Part shown: positions 6,379-16,766 of the stretch, piece after piece | Position numbering within the stretch: position 1 is the first letter of the stretch | Layout of the letters: each line of letters opens with the position of its first letter | Virus record (IMG/VR): IMGVR_UViG_3300030106_002287 | Span: 1-28,752 of that record | DNA length: 28,752 nt | Source of the DNA: a virus | Lineage: Duplodnaviria; Caudoviricetes | Reading direction: 5' to 3' (one strand) | Program-made: the position numbers and the translations under genes | Notes under the pieces: generated by a model | The model's database searches: none | What the model was told of the DNA's origin: nothing | Seen by the model: the letters and a program-made list of their open reading frames with translations, nothing else

Positions 6379-6731
6379 CTTACGAGGACGTGTTATTAAA
6401 GCTAGAGGCAATAAGTATAAAATTAGAAAGCTATACTGACTACCCACAAAGCGCTAGTAACAATGCAAAAAGAGCTATAGAATATAAAGAAGAAAACGGT
6501 AGCGACTGCGGTACGCGTGTTGGTTGGACTAGAGCAAGACAACTAGCAGATAAAAAGCCAATTAGTAGAGAAACAATTTCACGTATGGCTAGTTTTAAGC
6601 GTCATCAACAAAATAAAGATGTACCTTATAGTGAGGGTTGCGGTGGTTTAATGTGGGACGCGTGGGGTGGTACAAGCGGTATAAACTGGGCAATAAATAA
6701 ATTAAAACAAATAGATAAAAATAAAAAATAA
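6375..6731 (+). CDS. conserved phage head-morphogenesis-associated domain protein (118 aa)
   Basis: YTDYP...CGTRVGWTRARQLA...RMASFKRH...LMWDAWGG motif; start moved from 6327 to the coupled ATG at 6375. Confidence 0.7.
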   Translation: MTYEDVLLKLEAISIKLESYTDYPQSASNNAKRAIEYKEENGSDCGTRVGWTRARQLADKKPISRETISRMASFKRHQQNKDVPYSEGCGGLMWDAWGGTSGINWAINKLKQIDKNKK

Positions 6732-6734
6732 ATT

Positions 6735-7184
6735 ATGGCAGATTTAACAACAACAATTACAGAAAGTTTAGTGCTTAACGGTGCTAACAGAGGTACTACA
6801 AACAATATAGTAACAACTGGTATAACAGATGTACTAGAACGTATCTTAACTTGCGCACACTCTAACACTACTACTATTGCTACTTTTGGAAGTACACCAC
6901 ACTCTAGCGCTGGTGCTTTAGACGTAGAAAACTGTAAGTATGTCAGAGTAACAAACTTAAGTGCCGATCAAGATATAAAGTTAGCGCTTGTTACAACTAA
7001 CACAAACTACCAAGTAACAGTAAGAGCTGGTAGTTCACATATATTATTTCAAGCAGAAAATGGCGCTATAGGTGAAACTGACACTAGCCCAGCTTTTGGT
7101 ACTTTAGAAGATATTACTAGCATACAAGTTAGACCGTCAGCAAGTACAGACGTACAAGTAGAAATATTTGTAGCGTTAGTATAA
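6735..7184 (+). CDS. putative virion structural protein (149 aa)
   Basis: Thr/Ser/Ala-rich beta-type composition within the structural operon. Confidence 0.6.
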   Translation: MADLTTTITESLVLNGANRGTTNNIVTTGITDVLERILTCAHSNTTTIATFGSTPHSSAGALDVENCKYVRVTNLSADQDIKLALVTTNTNYQVTVRAGSSHILFQAENGAIGETDTSPAFGTLEDITSIQVRPSASTDVQVEIFVALV

Positions 7185-7726
7185 TGAAAACTGACAATAT
7201 AGAAAGATACCTAAATAGCTTTGGTAAATACATAGTACAACAAGCCAAAACTAATTTAAGTAAAGGTAAAAAAAATGTAAGTAAAGATTTATATAACTCA
7301 ATTAGATATAAATTAGTATTTACACCTAAAGGCTTTAGCGTAGATTTTTATATGAGAGATTACGGTACATTTGTAGACAAAGGAGTAAGCGGTAAAAAAA
7401 ATATACAAGAGTTTGCAAATTATGACAACAAAAAAGTTGCGAGTCCTTACCAATATAGTAATAAATTACCGCCTATAAGTAAGATAGCAAAGTGGACTAA
7501 AGACAGAGGTATAAAAGGAAGAGATAGTCGAGGTAGGTTTATAAGCGCTAAATCTTTAGCTTATCTTATAGCAAAAAAAATACAATTACAAGGAATTAAA
7601 AGCACTAGCTTTTTTCAAAGACCTATAGCACTTGCTATGCGAAAGTTTGGCGTAGGACTTTTAAATGCAGTTAAAGAGGACGTAGTTTCCCAGTTCTCAA
7701 AAGAAATTAAAACAAGTATAGAATAA
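7184..7726 (+). CDS. putative neck/tail-completion protein (HK97 gp10-like)
   Basis: Basic 180 aa protein with LYNSI, YGTFVDKG and GIKSTSFF motifs. Confidence 0.55.
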   Translation: MKTDNIERYLNSFGKYIVQQAKTNLSKGKKNVSKDLYNSIRYKLVFTPKGFSVDFYMRDYGTFVDKGVSGKKNIQEFANYDNKKVASPYQYSNKLPPISKIAKWTKDRGIKGRDSRGRFISAKSLAYLIAKKIQLQGIKSTSFFQRPIALAMRKFGVGLLNAVKEDVVSQFSKEIKTSIE

Positions 7727-9225
7727 TGGCTAATTTAAACTTAGAACAACAACCTAAATACGACCCGTTCCCAGCAACGCAAGACGTTATATTTACAGTT
7801 AGCGACAATACAGTAGTTACAAGCGAAACAAGAGTAAAGTTTATAGCTAATGTGTATATATCTACAGATAAAGCTCTTTTAGGAACGTCACCTACTTTAC
7901 AAGCAACTTTAAAAACTACACCTAACAACGCTGGTGTTGGTATGTTTGATTTACGACCAATACTTGAGAGTTTTGTTAAGTCAGATAGTTTAGCTAGTGG
8001 TAATACATCTACTGGTGCGCCTATAGGTGCTTTAGCGCCAACATATAAGGGCAGTAGTTATGCTCAAGGTAACCAATTTCCTATACACGTTATAGACAAA
8101 TACGCACTTAGCGAAAACACTATAAAATGGTTGTCTGTAAAATTTCAAATAGAATATCTAAACGGTGGCGGTAACCCAAATGCAGTAGAAACAGACGGCG
8201 ACTTTATATTTACGCAAGACTATTTATTTTACAACGGTTATTTAAGTCATACAGATAATTTAACGGGGTCTACTACTAATAGTGACTTTGGCTGGAATTT
8301 AGAGAAAGCGGGTTACAACCTTGACGGCTCAGATATTAGCTTTATACAAAACTCTAATACGTCAAACTATTTAACACCTTGCCCTAAAGAGTTACACGCT
8401 AGAGTTACAGATTATGGTACTTTACCTACATTTAACGTGCTTACAAATGCTACGTTTTTTACTGGTGCGCCAAATGACACAACAAATAGAAGATACAACT
8501 TTACACAAGTTACAATGTATGACGAAAACGATAGTTTATTAGTAACTTTTAACATAGATAACAATACTGCGGTTGGTGGTTTCGATCAAGCTACTACTAA
8601 CGCTAGGGCTATGATTATATTTTTAGGTTTGTACCCAGCTAACTTAAATAACTGGTCGTCTGACTTTCAAGCTAATATAGGGCAAACTAGCTACTATACT
8701 GTAAAGGGTGTTGGTCACCCGTCAGGTCTAATAACTGATGAGTATAGAATAAATATTATATGTGATAGTAGCTTTGGTTATGAGGGCATACGTTTAACTT
8801 GGCTTAATAAGTTTGGTACGTGGGATTATTACACATTTAACCAAAAATCTATACGGTCTTTATCTACAAGTAAATCACAATATACACAACTTGGCGGTAC
8901 TTGGAACGAGGCAACTTACCAGCCTAACGGTTTTAAGGGCGGTATGAAAAACTTTAGAGTAAACGCTACAGAAAAAATTACACTTAATACAGATTACTTA
9001 ACCGACTTAGAGAGTGAATGGATAGAGAGTTTATTTAACAGTCCTGAGGTTTATATATTAACTGGTGAAACGACTACAGATAATGCGGGTATAATAAACA
9101 AATATGTACAACCAGTAACACTAACTACTACCTCATTTACACGTAAAACTAAAGCTAACGATAAGCTAATACAATATACTTTTGAAGTAGAACGTAATAG
9201 ACCACTTAGAACACAAACTACATAA
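7726..9225 (+). CDS. putative tail/baseplate structural protein (499 aa)
   Basis: C-terminal WLNKFGTWDYYTF...SPEVY...KLIQYTFEVE segment; tail context. Confidence 0.6.
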   Translation: MANLNLEQQPKYDPFPATQDVIFTVSDNTVVTSETRVKFIANVYISTDKALLGTSPTLQATLKTTPNNAGVGMFDLRPILESFVKSDSLASGNTSTGAPIGALAPTYKGSSYAQGNQFPIHVIDKYALSENTIKWLSVKFQIEYLNGGGNPNAVETDGDFIFTQDYLFYNGYLSHTDNLTGSTTNSDFGWNLEKAGYNLDGSDISFIQNSNTSNYLTPCPKELHARVTDYGTLPTFNVLTNATFFTGAPNDTTNRRYNFTQVTMYDENDSLLVTFNIDNNTAVGGFDQATTNARAMIIFLGLYPANLNNWSSDFQANIGQTSYYTVKGVGHPSGLITDEYRINIICDSSFGYEGIRLTWLNKFGTWDYYTFNQKSIRSLSTSKSQYTQLGGTWNEATYQPNGFKGGMKNFRVNATEKITLNTDYLTDLESEWIESLFNSPEVYILTGETTTDNAGIINKYVQPVTLTTTSFTRKTKANDKLIQYTFEVERNRPLRTQTT

Positions 9226-11966
9226 TGAGTACACAACTGATATTATATCCACAAAATTATACTGGTTATTCTTATAGCACTAGCACATATATACAAGAGT
9301 TTGTAAATGACCCTGAGTTTAACGGCTCTTTTTTTGGTACTATACAAAATGCAGTATATAACTCGGCTGGTTTTAACAATTTTATGGCTACCGCACCACC
9401 TATTGGTGGTTGGCAAGGTTTCCACTCTAATAGCGGTACTGGTTGGTATAATAACACGTCAGCTCCTACAATAAGTGGTGGAGTTTTAACCTTACACGGT
9501 ACTAACGGTGCTAGTTCTGTAGGTTCTATATGCGGTGTTTATCAAAAAATTAGTGGTTTAGTTATAGGTCAAAGTTATGATTTAGTTGTAGACCACCCAA
9601 CTGGAACGGGTTTAAATCAAGGTGTTTTTGCTATAGGTGGTTTTGGTACGCATACATTTCATCAAAATGACTTTATTGGTCAAGTACCTAACCAGCCAGT
9701 AGGGTCTAGCCCAACTACTACAAGTAATGTAGGTACGTCTACTACTTTTACTTTTACGGCAACTAATACAGAAATGAATTTACTATTTAGTTGGTTAAGT
9801 AGCTATTTTACTGGTACTGTAGAAATTACTAAAATAAGTGTTAAAGAAAGTAACGCAGTACCGCAGTTAGTATTTGACGATATAAATGACGGACAAGTAA
9901 TTTGTGACTTATACCAAGAACAAGATATACCGCTTACTTTAAGCGTAGATGAATTTACAAATATTATAGAAAAACAACAAAGTTATAGTAAAGATTTTGA
10001 CCTCCCAGCAACTAAACGTAACAATCAAATATTTACACATATATTTGAAATAACAAAAACTATTAATAATATTTTTGACTTTAACCCGTATAAACAAACT
10101 AAAGCAAGTTTAAAACAAAACGGTGTATTATTATTTGAGGGTTGTTTAAGGCTTATAGAGATAGTAGAAAAAAACGGAGAAATAAGCTACAATGTAAATT
10201 TATTTTCTGAAAGTATAGCACTAGCTGAGGTCTTACAAGGTAAAACTTTTAGCGACTTAACAAGTGCAATATTAGAACTAGAACACCAATATACAGAGGC
10301 AAATATTATTAATAGTTTTACTGGTGCTTTAGAGCTTGTATTACCGTTATCTAGTGGTAGTTTTGCTGGTAACGTTGGTGATACTACTACAGACGTGTTA
10401 AAGTACCCTTTTGTTAATTGGACTGGTAATATAGACTGTACTGGAAGTGAGCCAGTAGTAGAACAACTTACAGACGTATTTAGACCATTTATTAAGGTCA
10501 AGTATTTAATACAAAATATTTTTAAGTCAGCTGGTTTTAGTTTTACGTCACAATTTATAAATAGTACGTTTTTTGACAAATTGTATATGGACTTTAACTC
10601 AGGATCAGGCGGTGTACCTGAAACGTTAGTAGACCACGAAGTAAACGGTATAGGTATGGGTGACGAAACACAATTTTTAACTACGTCTTTTACTAATTTA
10701 ATTTTAAGTCCAATGCCGTTAGTTGGTATGCCTAGCGCTTACAATCAAACAACTAATCAATACGTATCGCCATTTAACAATAACGTAATGAATGTTAACG
10801 TTAATATAAATTTACTAAACACAGATACAAGCGATAGAGTAGTAGAATATCAAGTGTTAAGTAAAGGTGTTGTAATATCAAGTGGTTCAGCTACAATTTT
10901 AGCTAATTTAGGGCAAATTGATTTTACAGATACTTTTACAGATACTCTTAATGCTACTGATATAATAGAAGTACAAGTAAAAGCTGACGTAACCAATAAA
11001 GTAAGAGTAAAACTTGACTTAGTTAATTTTGTTTTTACTACTAGCGTACACTATAATAGTTCATCTATAAGCGGTACAATATCTAGTACATTTAGTTTTA
11101 ATGCTTTAAGAGGTGACATTGAACAATGGGAGTTTATAAAGTCTATTATGACTATGTTTAATTTAATTACTTTACCTGACCCGTCAAACCCTAATAACAT
11201 ATTAATAGAGCCTTATGTAGATGTGTTTGGTAACGACCCTACCGCAGTTACACCAACACAGTTAGACTGGACTTATAAACTCGACACATCTGACATAAAT
11301 ATAAAGCCTATAGACCTAAAACAAAAAATAACATTTAAATATGCAGAGGACGAGGACGACTACGCTTTTAATGTATATAAAAAAGCTACTAGCGGTTATT
11401 TATACGGTAGTAAAGAAATAAACAACACTACATATAGCTTAGTTGAGGGTGAAGAGGAAATAGAGCCTAAAGTATTTAGTGCAACTGTATGTAAACCTAT
11501 CGAAGATTTGTTTCCAAACTTTTTTATACCAGTTATTTATAGTGGAAGTTTAGAAGAGGGTATGGAGGCTTTTGACAATAATGCTCGTATACTTATTGAC
11601 TGCGGTACAATAAATCAAAATTACGAAGTAGACGGCAGTTCATTTACGCAGTATTTAGCTTTTGCACACGTAGATACAATACCTTGTAATGGTGGTGACA
11701 CAGATATAAATTTTGGAGAATGTCAATTATTTTTAGGTACGTCACCTACTGACAATTTATTTAATACGTATTATTTAGAGTATTACAATCATTTATACGA
11801 CCCAAATACTAGAATATTAAAAGCTAAAGTAAATTTAACACCTACTGACATAAATACTTTTAAATTTTATGACATAGTTACTTTAAAAAATAGAAAATAT
11901 AGAGTTAATAAAATAGATTATAAACCTAACGCTTTATCTACTGTAGAATTTATATTACTTAACTAA
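9225..11966 (+). CDS. putative tail tip/baseplate hub protein (913 aa) with N-terminal beta-rich module
   Basis: YSKDFDLPATKRNNQIF, FIKSIMTMFNL and YRVNKIDY segments; G/S/T-rich N-terminus. Confidence 0.65.
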   Translation: MSTQLILYPQNYTGYSYSTSTYIQEFVNDPEFNGSFFGTIQNAVYNSAGFNNFMATAPPIGGWQGFHSNSGTGWYNNTSAPTISGGVLTLHGTNGASSVGSICGVYQKISGLVIGQSYDLVVDHPTGTGLNQGVFAIGGFGTHTFHQNDFIGQVPNQPVGSSPTTTSNVGTSTTFTFTATNTEMNLLFSWLSSYFTGTVEITKISVKESNAVPQLVFDDINDGQVICDLYQEQDIPLTLSVDEFTNIIEKQQSYSKDFDLPATKRNNQIFTHIFEITKTINNIFDFNPYKQTKASLKQNGVLLFEGCLRLIEIVEKNGEISYNVNLFSESIALAEVLQGKTFSDLTSAILELEHQYTEANIINSFTGALELVLPLSSGSFAGNVGDTTTDVLKYPFVNWTGNIDCTGSEPVVEQLTDVFRPFIKVKYLIQNIFKSAGFSFTSQFINSTFFDKLYMDFNSGSGGVPETLVDHEVNGIGMGDETQFLTTSFTNLILSPMPLVGMPSAYNQTTNQYVSPFNNNVMNVNVNINLLNTDTSDRVVEYQVLSKGVVISSGSATILANLGQIDFTDTFTDTLNATDIIEVQVKADVTNKVRVKLDLVNFVFTTSVHYNSSSISGTISSTFSFNALRGDIEQWEFIKSIMTMFNLITLPDPSNPNNILIEPYVDVFGNDPTAVTPTQLDWTYKLDTSDINIKPIDLKQKITFKYAEDEDDYAFNVYKKATSGYLYGSKEINNTTYSLVEGEEEIEPKVFSATVCKPIEDLFPNFFIPVIYSGSLEEGMEAFDNNARILIDCGTINQNYEVDGSSFTQYLAFAHVDTIPCNGGDTDINFGECQLFLGTSPTDNLFNTYYLEYYNHLYDPNTRILKAKVNLTPTDINTFKFYDIVTLKNRKYRVNKIDYKPNALSTVEFILLN

Positions 11967-12856
11967 TGACAAAAAAAACTAAATTTTTAAACGGTCAAAC
12001 TATTAGACCTGACCAAATAACAACTAATGGTATTGTTTCATTTACAGACGGTACAAATAACGGCTTGTTAGGTAACCAAGAAAGTTGCGAGGCTTACGGT
12101 TATACATACGATAAGTCTACTGGGTATTGTAGAGCTTTTATTAATCAAAATAAAGTTTTTACAGATTTTAGTAGGGCTACAGTAAGTGAAAATGGAGTAC
12201 AAAATACAATTAGACAAAACGTACAAAATAGTAATATTACTGGTAACAAAAATACTATATCTGGTTATAATAATAATATAAATATTTTAGGTAACGAACA
12301 CGAGGTAGGTAGAAACTTTGACAACGCAAGTATTTTAGGCGGTACACGTGGTACAATAACAAGAGAAAGCGAAATAGCAATAGGTGGTGGTAAAAGATCA
12401 ATAAGTGATAGTACAAATGCAGTTACATTTAGCAGTAAACGTAAAACCTCTACTTTAGAATTATCTTGCGTAACAATAGACAACACCGCTACTAATATGA
12501 CAATACAAGGTGACGGCTCTAGTTTTATAAACGTAGAAAATAACTCTATTATAGGCTATGACATTTATATAACAAGATTAGAACTAGGCGGTAGTAGTGG
12601 AACTGCTGGTAATTACTCTTACAGAAATATTAGAGGCGCAGTCAAAATTAACCAAGTTGGTGTAATGTCATTTGTAGTAGGTTTTAGTAGAAATATAGCA
12701 AAAGTAGGAGTAAATGGTACGTGTATAATGGCTGACAGTACAACGGGTGGTGTACCGTCAATAAGTGTAAACGTACAAGATAGAAATAACGTACAAAATC
12801 TTTGGAGTGCAAGCGTAACTTTGCACGAAGTAATTAGTGAAACATTAATAGTATAA
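11966..12856 (+). CDS. putative tail fibre/spike protein
   Basis: N/G/I-rich beta-helix-like stretch (NSNITGNKNTISGYNNNINILGNEH); tail context. Confidence 0.55.
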   Translation: MTKKTKFLNGQTIRPDQITTNGIVSFTDGTNNGLLGNQESCEAYGYTYDKSTGYCRAFINQNKVFTDFSRATVSENGVQNTIRQNVQNSNITGNKNTISGYNNNINILGNEHEVGRNFDNASILGGTRGTITRESEIAIGGGKRSISDSTNAVTFSSKRKTSTLELSCVTIDNTATNMTIQGDGSSFINVENNSIIGYDIYITRLELGGSSGTAGNYSYRNIRGAVKINQVGVMSFVVGFSRNIAKVGVNGTCIMADSTTGGVPSISVNVQDRNNVQNLWSASVTLHEVISETLIV

Positions 12857-12857
12857 T

Positions 12858-14276
12858 ATGGCGACAGAAGAAATAAATTTAAAGGTAAAATCGGACATAA
12901 GCGAAACAACAAAAGACGCTAGCGGGTTAGCTAGTGAGTTTAAAGTAATGGGCGTTAGTTTAAATGACGTTAAAAAAGGTTTTGCAAGTGCTGGTGCTAT
13001 GGCTAAAAAATCATTTGCTACAATTAGAGCTGGTATAATGTCTACTGGTATTGGCGCTTTACTTATAGCGATTACAAGTTTAGTTACATATTTTACAAAT
13101 AGTAAGCGAGGCGCAGACGATTTAAAAGTAGCTCTAACTGCTATGGGTGCAGTTATTGACGTTATAAAAGATAGATTAACAAGAGTAGGCGAGGCTTTAA
13201 AATTTGTGTTTAGCGGTGACTTTAGAAAGGCTGGCGAACTACTTAAAGACGTACATAAAGGTATAGCAGATGAAATAAAAGAAGAGGTAAAAGCTATGGT
13301 ACAATTAGAACGAAGAACGCAAGCGCTACGTGACGCTGACAACGAGTTTATGGTACAAAAAGCTAAAACTAGGCAAGAAATAGAAAGGGCTAGGTTAATA
13401 GCAGAAGATGAAACAAAAAGCGCACAAGAAAGGTTAGAAAATCTCAAAAAAGCGTTAGAACTTGAGGCTGAAACTACAAAACGAGAACTAGAGTTAGCTA
13501 GGGAACGTATGCAAATACAAGAAGAGCAAATGGCTCTTAGTGAAAATACCGCAGAAGATGAACAAAGACTAGCACAGTTAAAAACTGAACTTATAGAAAA
13601 GGAAACCGCAAGTATTAAAATGCAACGTAGGGTAATAATGGAAGTAAACGCTTTAGAACGAGAAATACACGCAGAAGAAAAAGCTAGAATAAAAGAAAAA
13701 GAGGACGCAGAAAAAAAGAAACGTGAAGAGCAAGAGAAAGCGGAAAAAGAGGCAAAAGAAAAAAAGGAAAAAGAAGAGGCAGAGGCAGAGGCAAAAAGAC
13801 AAAAAGAGGCTGAAAAAAAAGCGAAAGAAGAAATAGAATTAGCAAATGCAGTAGAACAAGCTAAACTAAAATTAACACAACAAGGCTTTAGTATAGCAGA
13901 GGGGTTAGCTGGTAAAAGTGACAAAATGCAAAAAGCCGTTGCAGTAGCAAAAACTATATACAATACACAACAAGCTATAATGAAAACTATGGCGGAAGTA
14001 CCAGCGCCTTTTAATACTTTACAAGCGGTAGCTACTGGCGTTATGGGTGCTATGTCAATACAAAAAATACTTAGTACAACACCTGAAAACGCAAGTGCAA
14101 GTGGTGGGGCGTCAGCAAGTGGCGGTGGTGGTACACCAGCCCCACAAATGGTTAGTGGTGCTTTTGATTTAAGCGGAGTTACTAAGCCAGAGCCAGTACA
14201 AGCCTTTGTAGTAACTGATGATATGACAGAAAGCCAAGATAAACTAGCTACAATTAGACGTAGAGCAACAATTTAA
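12858..14276 (+). CDS. tape measure-like protein (472 aa)
   Basis: Helical A/K/E-rich protein, TGIGALLIAITSLVTYF hydrophobic segment, long coiled coil, C-terminal VQAFVV. Confidence 0.7.
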   Translation: MATEEINLKVKSDISETTKDASGLASEFKVMGVSLNDVKKGFASAGAMAKKSFATIRAGIMSTGIGALLIAITSLVTYFTNSKRGADDLKVALTAMGAVIDVIKDRLTRVGEALKFVFSGDFRKAGELLKDVHKGIADEIKEEVKAMVQLERRTQALRDADNEFMVQKAKTRQEIERARLIAEDETKSAQERLENLKKALELEAETTKRELELARERMQIQEEQMALSENTAEDEQRLAQLKTELIEKETASIKMQRRVIMEVNALEREIHAEEKARIKEKEDAEKKKREEQEKAEKEAKEKKEKEEAEAEAKRQKEAEKKAKEEIELANAVEQAKLKLTQQGFSIAEGLAGKSDKMQKAVAVAKTIYNTQQAIMKTMAEVPAPFNTLQAVATGVMGAMSIQKILSTTPENASASGGASASGGGGTPAPQMVSGAFDLSGVTKPEPVQAFVVTDDMTESQDKLATIRRRATI

Positions 14277-14281
14277 AAAAT

Positions 14282-14304
14282 CAAATAATTAATAACTAAA
14301 TATA
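14282..14304 (+). promoter_or_regulatory. putative late promoter variant CAAAT-N13-ATATA
   Basis: Same spacing as other copies and ATG exactly 9 nt downstream. Confidence 0.5.
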
Positions 14305-14313
14305 TATATAAAT

Positions 14314-15039
14314 ATGCCTTGTATAAAATGTGATAACGGAAAATATAAGTACGGTAATAACGGTGAGTGTAAATATGACACTAAAGCAGAGTGTGAACGT
14401 GCAAATAAAGACAAATACGAAGAAACTAAGCCACCAACTAAAGTAGTTGAGTTAGTAATAGAAGAAAATAACGAAAGTTTGACTATAGACGCTATTTCTC
14501 TTGTTAGCGACCCAGCAATACAAGAAGACTTTGTGTTTTTTAACAAACAAAAGAACAATTTAACACTTGCAAAGGTAGATGAGGATAAAAGAATGTTAGT
14601 TAGTCCAGCTCTTATACCTAACAAGTCTATTTATAGATATAACGCCGATACAGATAGCGAATATTATGTATATTTTAGCCCTGAAACTGTTAGACAAGCT
14701 AGTGAGTTGTATTTAAAGCATAATAATCACCATAAAGCAACTTACCAACACCAAGATAGAGTAAGTGGTGTTTTAACTGTAGAAAGTTGGATAATAGAAG
14801 ACCCTAAAATGGATAAATCTAAACTTTATGGCTATAATTTACCTAAAGGCAGTTGGATGGTTAAAATGCGTGTCAATAATGAAGACCTTTGGGAACGTAT
14901 AAAGGCTGGAGAATTGCGCGGATTGTCAATCGAGGGGTATTTTGTGGATAAAATGCAAAAGATGAGTGAAAAACAACCTACAGATCAAGAAATATTAAGC
15001 GCTTTAAACGAGATAATAAGCGAAAATCAAATAAAATAA
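14314..15039 (+). CDS. XkdF-like prohead serine protease with Cys-rich N-terminal extension
   Basis: ISLVSDPAI, PALIPNKSIYR, TYQH, ESWI, PKGSWMV and GLSIEG motifs; upstream of scaffold and capsid. Confidence 0.8.
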   Translation: MPCIKCDNGKYKYGNNGECKYDTKAECERANKDKYEETKPPTKVVELVIEENNESLTIDAISLVSDPAIQEDFVFFNKQKNNLTLAKVDEDKRMLVSPALIPNKSIYRYNADTDSEYYVYFSPETVRQASELYLKHNNHHKATYQHQDRVSGVLTVESWIIEDPKMDKSKLYGYNLPKGSWMVKMRVNNEDLWERIKAGELRGLSIEGYFVDKMQKMSEKQPTDQEILSALNEIISENQIK

Positions 15040-15050
15040 AAATTTTTCTA
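15028..15050 (+). promoter_or_regulatory. putative late promoter CAAAT-N13-TTCTA
   Basis: Exact motif upstream of scaffold/capsid genes. Confidence 0.65.
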
Positions 15051-15077
15051 TTATATAATAACCTTTAATAAATAATT

Positions 15078-15770
15078 ATGGACTTAAAATCAAAAATTAG
15101 AGTAGCTTTAGGACTTGAAGAAGAGATTAAGCTACAATTTCAAGCAAAAACAGAGGACGGTACTATTATAGTATCTACCGCAGAGGAATTAGAGGCTGGC
15201 GTAGACGTTTCTGTATTAACAGAGGACGGTACTACTATTTTATTACCAGCTGGAACGTATAAACTAGATACTGGCGTAACTTTTAGAGTAGAGGAAGAGG
15301 GAATAGTAGCCGAAGTTATGGAAAGTGAAACTGAGGAAGAGGACGAAGAGGAAGTAGTAGAAGAGGTAGAGGCGTCAGAAGATGTTAAAATGGAAGATGA
15401 GGACGAAGATAAATACGCTGACATTGAGGATAGAATGACTAAGCTAGAAGAGGCGGTAGAAGAGTTAGTAAAAGAGTTTGGTAAAGACAAAGAAGAGATG
15501 TCAGAAGAGTTAAGCGAAGATACAGAAGAGGTATCTGACAAACCTAAGACTATAAAAACTACAGAAGTTGTAGAGTTTAGCGCAGAGGACGAAATTAAAA
15601 AGTTAAAGGCTGAAAATGAGGAACTTAAAACTAAATTAAGTGAAACACCAGCAGACAACCCTATAAATGCAAACAAATTTAGCGCAGAAAGACCAGCTAT
15701 GACAAGAGCTGAGTATAATAGGTTGTCAAAACGTGAGAGATTTCTAATGAATTTAAACAATAATAAATAA
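15078..15770 (+). CDS. capsid scaffolding protein
   Basis: Very acidic, coiled-coil, LPAGTYKL..G..FRVEEEGIV motif; between protease and capsid. Confidence 0.7.
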   Translation: MDLKSKIRVALGLEEEIKLQFQAKTEDGTIIVSTAEELEAGVDVSVLTEDGTTILLPAGTYKLDTGVTFRVEEEGIVAEVMESETEEEDEEEVVEEVEASEDVKMEDEDEDKYADIEDRMTKLEEAVEELVKEFGKDKEEMSEELSEDTEEVSDKPKTIKTTEVVEFSAEDEIKKLKAENEELKTKLSETPADNPINANKFSAERPAMTRAEYNRLSKRERFLMNLNNNK

Positions 15771-15791
15771 TAATAATTAAAATAATATTTT

Positions 15792-16709
15792 ATGGCTTTT
15801 AGTGTAACACAACCGAACTTTACGGGAAAATCAGCGGGAGGGTATATCTCTAGCGCTTTAAAAGAGGCAAAATCTTTAGAGTATTTGACTGTTTTAGAAA
15901 ATATAAAGTACAAAGAAAATATACAAAAAATGGACGGTTCTGGTCTAGTTAAAAATAGTGACTGTAACGCTTTTACAAGTGCTGGTGACTTAAGTTTAAC
16001 TGAAGCAACTTTAGAACCAAAAAGTTTACAAATTAACCTTGCAATATGTAAGGGTACGTTGCTAACTAGCTACGAGGCGCTACAGATGAGAGCTGGACGT
16101 GACGCTATGCCGTCTGTTTCATTTGAGGACTACGTAATTTCTTACATTGGTGAAATTATTGCAGACGCTACAGAAAAATCTATATGGCGTGGAGTTGCTA
16201 CAAACAATGGTGAGTTTAACGGTTTTTGTGGATTTACTTTATTACCAGCAAACGACAACACAGTAGTACAGTCGTCAGCGTCAGGAGCTTATACGGCAGG
16301 TAATATTGTAGCAGAATTACAAACTTTAACGGCTGACATTTTAGGCGGTACTGCGCAAGACGTATTACATAAAGACGACGCTTATATCTTTATGAATAGA
16401 AAAACTTACCAGTTTTATATTCAAGCTATGAGTACGTTAAACTATATGAATATGTCACAAATGAATAATGACTACCAACCATATTTTGAAGGCATAAAAA
16501 TTGCTGTGGTAGACGGCATGATAGACAATCAGCTAGTGTTCGCAGAGTCTTCTAACTTATTTTTTGGGACTGATTTATTGAGCGACCATACGAGGATTTC
16601 TTTACTCGATCAATCGGTAGTAACGGGGTCAGATAACATTAATTTAGTAGCTAGATATACTGCTGGTGTTATTCAAGGAATTGGTGCTAACGTAGTTAGA
16701 CAATCATAA
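15792..16709 (+). CDS. major capsid protein
   Basis: 305 aa after scaffold; GGYISSAL, IWRG and NLFFGTDLLSD motifs. Confidence 0.8.
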   Translation: MAFSVTQPNFTGKSAGGYISSALKEAKSLEYLTVLENIKYKENIQKMDGSGLVKNSDCNAFTSAGDLSLTEATLEPKSLQINLAICKGTLLTSYEALQMRAGRDAMPSVSFEDYVISYIGEIIADATEKSIWRGVATNNGEFNGFCGFTLLPANDNTVVQSSASGAYTAGNIVAELQTLTADILGGTAQDVLHKDDAYIFMNRKTYQFYIQAMSTLNYMNMSQMNNDYQPYFEGIKIAVVDGMIDNQLVFAESSNLFFGTDLLSDHTRISLLDQSVVTGSDNINLVARYTAGVIQGIGANVVRQS

Positions 16710-16723
16710 TAAACTAGAAAAAC

Positions 16724-16747
16724 GGTAGGGGTGTAAAAACCTCTACC
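16724..16747 (+). terminator. stem-loop after capsid gene (weak terminator or mRNA stabiliser)
   Basis: GGTAGGGGT-GTAAAA-ACCTCTACC; no real U-tract. Confidence 0.55.
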
Positions 16748-16766
16748 TTAACTTAAAATAAATAAT

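Noticed and set aside
9225-12856. Diversity-generating retroelement target in tail genes
   Set aside because: No reverse transcriptase and no template/variable repeat pair noticed.
13680-13835. GA-rich quasi-repeats
   Set aside because: Ordinary E/K coiled-coil coding sequence.
12845-13963. 372-aa minus-strand ORF
   Set aside because: Shadow of the E/K/A-rich tape measure; S/F/L-rich composition, no promoter or start context.
14943-14951. Perfect DnaA box TGTGGATAA
   Set aside because: Single copy within codons F-V-D-K of the protease; chance cannot be excluded.
15140-15913. 257-aa minus-strand ORF
   Set aside because: Poly-Ser mirror of the Glu-rich scaffold gene.
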